From Minisyncoccota bacterium (GTDB taxonomy: Bacteria; Patescibacteriota; Minisyncoccia; Phycocordibacterales; JBAYLF01), in NCBI GenBank assembly GCA_041664205.1, contig JBAYLF010000001.1:67380-131379 (forward strand): a stretch of 64,000 bases of DNA. Direction: 5' to 3'. Shown one piece after another: positions 41,007 to 48,748 of the stretch. Each line of letters starts with the position of its first letter. Positions within the stretch are counted from its first letter, which is position 1. The translations under genes were made by a program, and so were the position numbers. A model generated the notes under the pieces. That model searched no databases and was not told the origin of the DNA. It saw only the letters and a list, made by a program, of their open reading frames with translations.

Positions 41007-41073
41007 TATTTTGTCTTCGCTCGGATGTCATGCAAACTCTTAGTTTGCGCGACACTCCTCGCTCGACGAAATA
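41007..41073. repeat. Imperfect GC-rich hairpin element between divergent rsmE and clpP
   Basis: TATTTTGTC..GACGAAATA outer stem, GGA/TCC, TGTC/GACA, GCAAACT/AGTTTGC inner stem. Confidence 0.6.
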
Positions 41074-41148
41074 ATAATCACCACTTGTCAAATAGCTTAA
41101 AATCTGCTATATTGGTTTTTACTATTAAAAAATAACAATCTTAACAAT

Positions 41149-41748
41149 ATGTTAATACCAACAGTTATTGAAAAATCACCCATGGGAGAAAGAGCTTATG
41201 ATATTTATTCTCGTCTATTAAGAGAAAGAATTGTTTTTCTTGGTGGACCAATAGACGACGATACTGCAAATATAGTAATTGCTCAACTTCTTTTTCTACA
41301 ACAAGAAGATCCGAAAAGTGATATTAATCTCTATATAAATTCTCCTGGAGGCTCAGTTACAGCAACTCTTGCAATGCTAGATACTATGAACTACATAAAA
41401 CCAGACGTATCAACTGTATGTATTGGAATTGCAGCTTCTGGAGCAGCAATTATTCTATCGGCTGGCGCAAAAGGTAAAAGATATGCCCTACCAAATTCCG
41501 AAGTTATGATCCACCAACCATGGGGTGGCACTGAGGGCAGAGCGTCTGATATTGAAATAACAGCAAAACATATTTTAAAGACCAAAGAATCATTAAATAA
41601 GATTTTGTCCAAAAACACAGGTCAATCAATGGAACAAATTGAAAAAGATGTAGATCGTGACTTCTTTATGAATGCGGAAGAATCAAAAAAATACGGGATT
41701 ATTGATAAAGTTATTTCTAAAAACACTTCGGCTATCCCTACAAAATAA
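41149..41748 (+). CDS. clpP: ATP-dependent Clp protease proteolytic subunit
   Basis: [33 protein letters not shown]. Confidence 0.98.
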   Translation: MLIPTVIEKSPMGERAYDIYSRLLRERIVFLGGPIDDDTANIVIAQLLFLQQEDPKSDINLYINSPGGSVTATLAMLDTMNYIKPDVSTVCIGIAASGAAIILSAGAKGKRYALPNSEVMIHQPWGGTEGRASDIEITAKHILKTKESLNKILSKNTGQSMEQIEKDVDRDFFMNAEESKKYGIIDKVISKNTSAIPTK

Positions 41749-41901
41749 TTAGCCTCTTAAAACAAAAAGACCCAGAATATTCTGGGTCTTTTTGTTTAAA
41801 ATAGAAGTTTAGTATAAAAAACTCGCCCCTCAAACGCAAAGAACGAGTCTTTTTGTTAAAGGACGAGTAATGAACCGAGTCTCAGCCACTTACCTGTTAA
41901 G

Positions 41902-42096
41902 TTAGCACGTTAAACTTCTCTTCCAGGATGCGAAATTGTTCTCCTCATGAAATTGATCTTCCAGTATTTGAACTTGTTCTTCTGGAGTTGCGATCTTTTT
42001 GATTTTTGCCCAGGTTTTTCTGGCAGATTCTCCACAATCCCTGTACGTTGATTCTTCCTTCCACTGTTCAACAAGCTTTTTCAATTTTGGTGTCAT
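41902..42096 (-). CDS. Small ORFan with its own promoter and strong SD
   Basis: TAAGGAG 5 nt before ATG; TTGACA-17-TACATT at ~42179-42207. Confidence 0.6.
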   Translation of the reverse strand: MTPKLKKLVEQWKEESTYRDCGESARKTWAKIKKIATPEEQVQILEDQFHEENNFASWKRSLTC

Positions 42097-42312
42097 AAGT
42101 TCTCCTTATTTTTGATTTTGGAATGTAATGCTTTCATTCAATTTTGAGCAATAATAGCTCAAATTGAAAGCTAATAAAAATGTATCATAAGATTGTTATT
42201 TTGTCAAATAAAAATGGGGACCATCACGAAAGTTAGACAAAATCATATTTATTCTGTAATATATAGTGGTTATTACAGTTAATTTAAACGATTTAGCTTT
42301 TTTACTTTAACC

Positions 42313-42435
42313 TTTTATGCATTACGCAAAAATATTACTTATAAAAACTCTGAACGAACACCATAGCAGATATGTGGTAAAAACTGAGTTTCCTAGTGTT
42401 TAATAAACCTTCAATAGTAAGTTTGTGCTGTAAAA
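42313..42435 (+). ncRNA. Candidate structured RNA (6S-like) in the rny leader
   Basis: Long hairpin with central bubbles (TTACT/AGTAA, AAACTC/GAGTTT, ACCA/TGGT), CTGAAC motif, promoter TAGACA-17-TAATAT at 42234-42262. Confidence 0.35.
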
Positions 42436-42481
42436 TCTACATATAAGACACAAAGTGTAAAAAGCGAATCATTCGCTTATT

Positions 42482-44011
42482 ATGTCATTAAAAATAGCAT
42501 TCCTTCTTGTCGGTCTCGCTGGAGCTGTTGGAATTTTTGTAGGCTATTTTTTGCGTCTCATAATTTCTTTGGGTAAAAAAGGCTCAATGGAACTTGAGAT
42601 CAAGCAGATGATGCTTGAAGCAAAAGAACAGGCTAAGAAAATAACTTTCGAAGCTGAAACAAAAGCTGAACAAACTTTGAGACAGATCCGTGAGGAAGCA
42701 AAAGAAAGAGAAGAAAAAATTAAAAGAACCGAGGATCGCCTTATTAAAAAAGAGGAATTTCTCGACAAACGCCAAGTCGATATCGATAAAGATACCGAAA
42801 ATATAAAGACAAAGATTATAGAGGTAAAAGAAATTAAGGAGCGAGCTAATACGCTTGAAGAGAAAAAACAAAAGGAGTTAGAAAAAATTTCAGGGTTAAG
42901 CCAAGAAGAGGCTCGTGTGCTTCTTTTAAATAATTTTGAAAAGAACAACGAGGAAGACTTACTTGTAAGAATGCAAAAAATTGAGGCTTTCGGTCAAGAA
43001 AAACTTGAAAAGAAAGCTCAGGAAATTTTAACATCTTGCGTTCAAAGATATGCAGGATCAGTATCAGCAGATGTTATGGCAACAACCATAACTATTCCTA
43101 ACGATGAAATAAAAGGAAAGATTATTGGAAAAGAAGGAAGAAATATCAAAGCTTTCGAAAGAGCTTCGGGAGTAGAAATTATCGTTGATGATACACCAGG
43201 AGCAATCACTATTTCTTCATTCGATCCTATTCGAAGACAAATTGCTAGAATCGCTCTAGAAAACCTTATTATCGACGGAAGAATACAACCTGCAAAAATA
43301 GAAAAAGAAATAGAAAAAGCTAAACTCGATATCAATAAAATAATAAAAGAAAAAGGTGAACAAGCTGCGTTCGAGTGCGGTGCATTCAACCTTAACCCTC
43401 GCATCATTTCGATCTTAGGCCGATTATATTTCCGAACAAGCTATGGACAAAATGTTCTTCAACACTCTGTAGAAATGTCACATATAGCGGGAATGTTAGC
43501 TGAAGAACTTGGAGCTGATGTTCAGATCGCAAAAACAGGAGCATTAGTCCACGATATAGGTAAAGCACTTGATCATGAAGTTCAAGGAACACATGTTGAG
43601 ATCGGACGAAGAATTCTTCAGAAATTTGGAGCAGATGAAAATATAATCAAAGCAATGCAAGCTCACCATGGTGAATATCCATACGAGACTGTTGAATCTA
43701 TGATCGTGCAAACAGCTGACGCTATCTCTGGTAGCCGTCCTGGCGCACGTAGAGACACTGTGGAAAATTATCTTAAACGATTAAGCGATCTAGAATCTAC
43801 TGCGACTTCATTCCCAGGTGTTGAAAAAGCATACGCACTTGAAGCTGGAAGAGAAATAAGAGTATTTGTTACTCCTACAGAAATTTCCGACATTGATGCC
43901 AAAAAAATGGCTAGAGATATAGCTTCTAAGATAGAACAGGAATTAAAATACCCAGGAGAAATTAAGGTAAATGTTATTCGAGAAATGAGAGTAATTGAAT
44001 ACGCAAGATAA
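42482..44011 (+). CDS. rny: Ribonuclease Y
   Basis: TM anchor, coiled coil, KGKIIGKEGRNI (KH), RTSYGQNVLQHS, HDIGK (HD), RPGARR, YPGEIKV. Confidence 0.97.
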   Translation: MSLKIAFLLVGLAGAVGIFVGYFLRLIISLGKKGSMELEIKQMMLEAKEQAKKITFEAETKAEQTLRQIREEAKEREEKIKRTEDRLIKKEEFLDKRQVDIDKDTENIKTKIIEVKEIKERANTLEEKKQKELEKISGLSQEEARVLLLNNFEKNNEEDLLVRMQKIEAFGQEKLEKKAQEILTSCVQRYAGSVSADVMATTITIPNDEIKGKIIGKEGRNIKAFERASGVEIIVDDTPGAITISSFDPIRRQIARIALENLIIDGRIQPAKIEKEIEKAKLDINKIIKEKGEQAAFECGAFNLNPRIISILGRLYFRTSYGQNVLQHSVEMSHIAGMLAEELGADVQIAKTGALVHDIGKALDHEVQGTHVEIGRRILQKFGADENIIKAMQAHHGEYPYETVESMIVQTADAISGSRPGARRDTVENYLKRLSDLESTATSFPGVEKAYALEAGREIRVFVTPTEISDIDAKKMARDIASKIEQELKYPGEIKVNVIREMRVIEYAR

Positions 44012-44131
44012 TTTTTAATTTAATATTAAAGCTGAAAAATAAAATTTTGAAAGTCAAATTTTATTGTCCACATAAATTTGTAAGCATATTGCACAAAAAA
44101 CGGCTTAATATATAATTAAAATGTTATTAAA

Positions 44132-44198
44132 TAGACCTGTTACCTGATAGGATTTCAAAAACTAATTCTTTCAGAAGGACTATTAGGTAACAGGTCTA
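44132..44198. repeat. Inverted repeat with 19-bp arms in the hup leader
   Basis: TAGACCTGTTACCTGATAG..CTATTAGGTAACAGGTCTA (1 mismatch). Confidence 0.75.
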
Positions 44199-44246
44199 AG
44201 TCGGTCGAATTATCACTTATTTAAATAGTAGGCCTTTATAAAAGAG

Positions 44247-44370
44247 TAGAACTTACGAGTTTGGATGCAGTTCGAGGAACGAGTGCGGAGCGAACCGAGT
44301 AATACTTATAGTATTGTGAGGGAGCACCGTAAACTAGTGACGAAGAAATGCGCCAAACACGTAAGTTCTA
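44247..44370. mobile_element. MITE-like long imperfect hairpin upstream of hup
   Basis: Terminal inverted repeats TAGAACTTACG..CGTAAGTTCTA, nested stems with purine-rich bulges, central AATAC/GTATT hairpin. Confidence 0.55.
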
Positions 44371-44395
44371 AAGAAATTTATAAAAGTCAAAAACT

Positions 44396-44668
44396 ATGAA
44401 TAAACAAGGATTAGCCGAAGCTGTACAAGGAGTCTTGGGCGGAACAAAGGTTCAAGCCGAAGAAGTAGTAGACAAGGTAATTGACTCCATTGTAGCAAGT
44501 CTAAAGAAAGAAGAAGAAGTCTCAATAGCTGGTCTTGGAATCTTTTCAACAAAGGTTCGAGCTGCTAGAACTGCTCGAAATCCAAGAACTGGAGAATCAA
44601 TCCATGTTCCATCAATGCGAGTTCCAAAGTTCAGAGCCGCAAAAGCATTGAAAGACGCAGTAAAGTAA
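44396..44668 (+). CDS. hup: HU family DNA-binding protein
   Basis: MNKQGLAE, VSIAGLGIF, RAARTARNPRTGE, PKFRAAKALKDAV. Confidence 0.96.
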   Translation: MNKQGLAEAVQGVLGGTKVQAEEVVDKVIDSIVASLKKEEEVSIAGLGIFSTKVRAARTARNPRTGESIHVPSMRVPKFRAAKALKDAVK

Positions 44669-44789
44669 AACTTCCATTTTCTATATAGGAAAACACAAAA
44701 CCGCTTTAATAAGCGGTTTTGTGTTTTCTGGCACTATTAAAATTTTTCAATAAAAAGCTGCCATATTTTGGCAGCTTTTAATTTTTTAT

Positions 44790-45074
44790 TTAAGATTTAC
44801 GCAATGTAGTTGGTCCATCTATACGACGATTCTTTCGTGCTTTTTTAGCAAGTTTTTCAAATCTATTGAAACAAAACTTGCATTTTTCAGCATGGTCCAT
44901 CATATAGTACCAATCACTCATAGATACTTGAGCAGGATCATTTGCTCCTGTTTCAAGCAACTCCTGCATTTTTGCATTAATTTGTTTAGGAGTAACTCCT
45001 TCTTTACTCCAACGTTCTTTTTGATCTTTAGAAGGTGTTAAAAATGTGCATTTTTCTTTTTTCTTTTTTACCAT
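44790..45074 (-). CDS. Small ORFan with HxxxCxxC (zf-HC2/ZAS-like) motif
   Basis: DHAEKCKFC; terminator at 44752-44780. Confidence 0.6.
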   Translation of the reverse strand: MVKKKKEKCTFLTPSKDQKERWSKEGVTPKQINAKMQELLETGANDPAQVSMSDWYYMMDHAEKCKFCFNRFEKLAKKARKNRRIDGPTTLRKS

Positions 45075-45187
45075 ACCTATATTTTCCTTTCTTTTTCAGA
45101 TTTTAAATCCAAATATAAAATACTACATTTATAATTTTATGTCAAATTTTGATACCGAAAAAAAGATGACTTTGAAGCCATCTTTTT

Positions 45188-45345
45188 TGGTGCGGGATGG
45201 GAGAATCGGTCACAACTCTTTTGCTTCGCAAAAGGTCGCGACCCCGGCTCGCTTTTTTGTAAGACAAAACATGGCTCCGCCTTTCGATTCTCCACGCAGG
45301 CAAAGCAGTTTGCCTGCTCATCCTGCTCGCTCACTTTGTTCGCTG
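45188..45345 (-). mobile_element. tRNA-3'-associated structured element #1 (after tRNA-Gly TCC), including the distal duplicated tRNA 3' end with encoded CCA
   Basis: 19-bp direct repeat 45190-45208 / 45345-45363; internal inverted tRNA copy TTCGATTCTCC (45283-45293) + hairpin (45296-45317) + CATCCTGC. Confidence 0.75.
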
Positions 45346-45416
45346 TGCGGGATGGGAGAATCGAACTCCCACCCACAGTTTGGAAAACTGTTATTCTACC
45401 ATTAAACTAATCCCGC
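45346..45416 (-). tRNA. tRNA-Gly(TCC), CCA not encoded, discriminator A
   Basis: GCGGGAT/ATCCCGC acceptor stem, ACAGT-TTTCCAA-ACTGT anticodon arm, GGGAG-TTCGATT-CTCCC T arm. Confidence 0.95.
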
Positions 45417-45487
45417 GCTTTTGTTATAATTTAGCAAATTAATATCATATTCGCAATTTTTTCAATTTACTGTTATATAATTAACTC

Positions 45488-46666
45488 ATGTTTAATTTAT
45501 TCAACACAATACAAATAAAAATTATTTCTTCTTTTTTAGCTATAATAAGCCTTTTTAGCTTTAACAAATTCCCCATCGTAGAAAATACAAATCCTAGAAA
45601 CCAAGACCAAACAACAGAAATTAATCAACAAATAAAAGAACCTGAAAAAATAACAATCGAAGAAACTAAAAAAACGGAACAAAAAACAACGGAAATAAAA
45701 CCTATTCCCCTACCGGAAAATAAAAAATTAGTTAATACCACATCAACTGAACAAAAAACCATTTCCAGCACCACAATACAAACAATTCAGCAGCCAGTAA
45801 AAATAAACATTCCTGATAATAGCAAACCTTGGACTCAGATAAATACTGAAACAAGACCGGCAATTGTTAATATTTTTTGCATATCAGAAGGTTCTTCATT
45901 AAGTGTTGCCGCTGGTAGCGGTATTATTATCGACAAACGAGGTGTAATTCTAACAAATTCTCATGTAAGCCAATATTTTCTTTTACAAAATATTCCAGAA
46001 TTACAAAAAATCTCTTGTTATATAAGAGATGGTGATCCAGCAAAAATGCTTTATAAAGCCAAACTTCTTTATTTACCTAAAGATTGGATTGAGGATAATT
46101 ATAAAAAATTAAAATTACAAAACCCTCTCGGGACAGGTGAATTTGATTTTTCGTTGTTATTAATAACCCAAACCATTGATCCTCAAACACCCTTCCCTAC
46201 TGAATTTCCATTTTTACCAATAGATTTTTCAGAAATTACAGAAAAACAAGATGTTTTGATCGCAGGATATCCAGCTGGTTTTCTTGGTAATTTAGAGATA
46301 CTTTATAATCTCTATAAAGCTTCGGCTGTTACAAAAATTAATGATGTTCTTACATTTTCAAAAAATAATATTGATTTAATAAGCGTTGGCGGAACAGTGA
46401 TATCTCAAAAAGGCTCTTCTGGTGGAGCTGTAGTAAACAATAAAGGAGACTTAATAGGTCTTGTGGTAACAACGACCGACGCAACAACAACATCATCTAG
46501 AGATCTACGAGCAATTACAACAGCATATATAAACAGAGCCTTTGAAAATCAAAAAGGCTTAAATATTAAAGATTTTCTATCAAGAAATCTGAATGTGGAG
46601 GCAAACAGATTCGAAACTGAAGATGCTCCAAATTTAACCAAAAAGCTTTTGGATGGAATTAAATAG
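45488..46666 (+). CDS. Membrane-anchored trypsin-like serine protease
   Basis: GSGIII..GVILTNSHV, DFSLL, AGYP, QKGSSGGAVVN..GDLIG. Confidence 0.88.
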   Translation: MFNLFNTIQIKIISSFLAIISLFSFNKFPIVENTNPRNQDQTTEINQQIKEPEKITIEETKKTEQKTTEIKPIPLPENKKLVNTTSTEQKTISSTTIQTIQQPVKINIPDNSKPWTQINTETRPAIVNIFCISEGSSLSVAAGSGIIIDKRGVILTNSHVSQYFLLQNIPELQKISCYIRDGDPAKMLYKAKLLYLPKDWIEDNYKKLKLQNPLGTGEFDFSLLLITQTIDPQTPFPTEFPFLPIDFSEITEKQDVLIAGYPAGFLGNLEILYNLYKASAVTKINDVLTFSKNNIDLISVGGTVISQKGSSGGAVVNNKGDLIGLVVTTTDATTTSSRDLRAITTAYINRAFENQKGLNIKDFLSRNLNVEANRFETEDAPNLTKKLLDGIK

Positions 46667-46671
46667 ATTTA

Positions 46672-46855
46672 GAGCCTGTTCATAATCTAACCGCAAATTA
46701 ACAAACAAAAACAATGCTTGCCTGCTAAAATGCTAAAATTTTGGCTGCAAATTACTCATTCCTCCTCGCCGTATCACCGATATGTCTCGTCGGACTTCAT
46801 GATTTTCGCTCAAAATTTTAGCATTTTTGCTAGGCATTAGATTCTGAACAGACTC
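46672..46855. mobile_element. MITE with IS5-like terminal inverted repeats and TTA target duplication
   Basis: GAGCCTGTTCATAATCTA (46672-46689) / TAGATTCTGAACAGACTC (46838-46855); TTA on both flanks; long internal hairpin. Confidence 0.75.
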
Positions 46856-47145
46856 TTAGATAATCTGATAATTTCATCAAAATTATCATTTTCGTTGATC
46901 TTATTCTTACTTTCTTGTCCACATTTCTGACATTGATGAATTAATGAATATCTTTCTCCAATTTTTAAAACGCTTATAGGCTTCATTAAGCCATGGCAAT
47001 CCTCTTCCCTATCACCTGGATTTATATCCACATGCTTACTCCAGAGGCATTTAGGGCAATGATTAGTGTAACCATTACCTTTTACACTGATACCACAATT
47101 TCCACACACAAAATCTTCAATTTTTCTTTGAAATTGTTTAGTCAT
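46837..47145 (-). CDS. RNHCP-domain zinc-binding protein
   Basis: EDFVCGNCG, YTNHCPKCLWSKHVD..PGDR..C.GLM.P, HQCQKCG. Confidence 0.9.
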   Translation of the reverse strand: MTKQFQRKIEDFVCGNCGISVKGNGYTNHCPKCLWSKHVDINPGDREEDCHGLMKPISVLKIGERYSLIHQCQKCGQESKNKINENDNFDEIIRLSKSLFRI

Positions 47146-47172
47146 TATAAAAAATATAAAAGTATTACTTAA

Positions 47173-47340
47173 TTTGTCGGGGTGCCGAGATTTGGCCGCG
47201 ACTCTCGGCTCGTCAAACTCGCCTCGGTCTGGCCACCGCCTCGCGGCCTCGCTTGCTAGCTCGGCATCGCTCCGGCGTTCAAATCTCGGTGCAAGTGAAG
47301 CAGTTCACTTGCACCAACTTTGTATTAAATTTTAATTTTG
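47173..47340 (-). mobile_element. tRNA-3'-associated structured element #2 (after tRNA-Pro TGG)
   Basis: 22-bp direct repeat 47173-47194 / 47337-47358; internal inverted tRNA copy GTTCAAATCTCGG (47277-47289) + CTGC-loop hairpin + CACC. Confidence 0.75.
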
Positions 47341-47411
47341 TCGGGGTGCCGAGATTTGAACTCGGACTGTATGCTCCCAAAGCACATATGCTACCGTTAC
47401 ACCACACCCCG
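47341..47411 (-). tRNA. tRNA-Pro(TGG), CCA not encoded
   Basis: CGGGGTG/CACCCCG acceptor stem, TGTGC-TTTGGGA-GCATA, CCGAG-TTCAAAT-CTCGG. Confidence 0.95.
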
Positions 47412-47476
47412 ATTTATCACATAGTATCATACCGATAAATAAAAAACAAAAAACTCATAAAAGACATAGTCTCTTA

Positions 47477-47896
47477 TTAATCAATGATTATATTGGACAA
47501 CAATTTAACTTTAGCCTCCTTGCTATTTTGATTCAAAAGAACAGTGACAACATCAAATTGCCACTCTTTTTTATCATCTAGCTTATAATCAAGCAAATAA
47601 GTCTGAATAACTCTTGATAATCTCTTCAATTTCCAAGGATGAACATTGTCTTCAGGTCTAAAATTAGAGTTTGTTTCATCAGAAACATCTAAAAAATTTT
47701 CACGTGTAACAGTTTTTACTTCAATAAAATGAATAATATCCTTATTTTCAGCCACTATGTCTATTTCTCCCCAATTTTTTCGGTAATTTCTGTTTAAAAT
47801 CTTAAAAAATCTCTTTTCTAAAAATCTACAGGCAATATCTTCGCCTAATTTACCTACTTTATTGTAATTTATATTAAATTGTTTCATGTAAAACAT
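47477..47896 (-). CDS. YraN/UPF0102 family PD-(D/E)XK protein
   Basis: GKLGEDIA, RNYR..WGEIDIV, FIEVK, WQFDVV. Confidence 0.9.
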   Translation of the reverse strand: MFYMKQFNINYNKVGKLGEDIACRFLEKRFFKILNRNYRKNWGEIDIVAENKDIIHFIEVKTVTRENFLDVSDETNSNFRPEDNVHPWKLKRLSRVIQTYLLDYKLDDKKEWQFDVVTVLLNQNSKEAKVKLLSNIIID

Positions 47897-48044
47897 TTAA
47901 ATTACCACCAAATATGATCAATTATGCAATTCTTACTTTCTTATTTTTATAATAAAATCATTAATTCGGCTTAAAATTCATTAATTTTGTTGTTTTTATA
48001 GCAATGTTTCTTATGTAACATTTTTTAATGTTTCATATGAAACA
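47672..48044. promoter_or_regulatory. Cluster of five parS-like sites
   Basis: Versus TGTTNCACGTGAAACA: 47672 TGTTTCATCAGAAACA, 47696 ATTTTCACGTGTAACA, 47880 TGTTTCATGTAAAACA, 48005 TGTTTCTTATGTAACA, 48029 TGTTTCATATGAAACA. Confidence 0.75.
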
Positions 48045-48049
48045 AAAAC

Positions 48050-48220
48050 TGGGGATAAGATTAAATATTTAATAACTTCTTTTTAAATAGCTGGAATTTT
48101 CAAAAAGTCATTCATTAAAGCCATTTTTTAAAAAGTCAGAGACATACTTTAGGACAAAAAATTACTGTCTTTTTCACCAATCCACAGGGTTATCCACATT
48201 TATGAGTATTTTGTTGATAA
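48050..48220. promoter_or_regulatory. DnaA-box cluster away from dnaA
   Basis: TTATCCACA 48190-48198, TGTTGATAA 48212-48220, TGGGGATAA 48050-48058; further perfect boxes at 48567-48575 and 50645-50653. Confidence 0.55.
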
Positions 48221-48272
48221 TTACCGCTTAATCTTATAAGAAAATAACCTCTAAAAGAGGTGTTTTCTCGAT

Positions 48273-48433
48273 CTGTGCGGGTAGGGAGAATCGATCACAA
48301 GTTTCCTCAATCCGTTCGGAACTCGCGATCCCGCCTCGCCTGTTTTGCTAGGCAAAACATGGCTCCGGCTTCCGATTCTCCACGCAAACAAAGCAGTTTG
48401 TTTGCTCTACCTGCTCGCTCACTTCGTTCACTG
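48273..48433 (-). mobile_element. tRNA-3'-associated structured element #3 (after tRNA-Gly GCC)
   Basis: 21-bp direct repeat 48273-48293 / 48431-48451; internal inverted tRNA copy TCCGATTCTCC (48371-48381) + hairpin (48384-48405) + CTACCTGC. Confidence 0.75.
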
Positions 48434-48504
48434 TGCGGGTAGGGAGAATCGGACTCCCGTCTCATCCTTGGCAAGGACGTGTTCTACCACTAAACCATAC
48501 CCGC
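48434..48504 (-). tRNA. tRNA-Gly(GCC), T-loop TCCGATT, discriminator A
   Basis: GCGGGTA/TACCCGC acceptor stem, CGTCC-TTGCCAA-GGATG, GGGAG-TCCGATT-CTCCC. Confidence 0.93.
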
Positions 48505-48607
48505 ATGTTTATAACATTATACAAAAAAACTTATTTTTACAAAATTCTATACTTTTATGACTTAACTTATCCACACATGGCAAGATCCGTCATTCTGCAA
48601 ATTAATG

Positions 48608-48679
48608 TGCACCCGGCAGGATTCGAACCCACAATAACGGTTCCGAAGACCGTTGTGATATCCATTTCACCACGGGTGC
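48608..48679 (-). tRNA. tRNA-Arg(TCG), no downstream element
   Basis: GCACCCG/CGGGTGC acceptor stem, ACGGT-CTTCGGA-ACCGT, GTGGG-TTCGAAT-CCTGC. Confidence 0.93.
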
Positions 48680-48748
48680 AATATACTCGAACAAAGTAAT
48701 AATACGATAAATTAGCGAAAAAACCAAATTTATAATAAAATATTTATC

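Noticed and set aside
45188-48451. Prophage/genomic island or group I/II intron explanation for the tRNA duplications
   Set aside because: Only ~140 bp lies between the repeats, with no genes. I see no group I core or group II domain V, and each tRNA is already intact.
45046-48699. Short ORFs overlapping the tRNAs and their elements (45046-45405, 45137-45376, 47253-47438, 48260-48442, 48345-48560, 48433-48699)
   Set aside because: They overlap tRNA genes and GC-rich stems, frames are not conserved among the three homologous elements, and substitutions preserve base pairing rather than codons.
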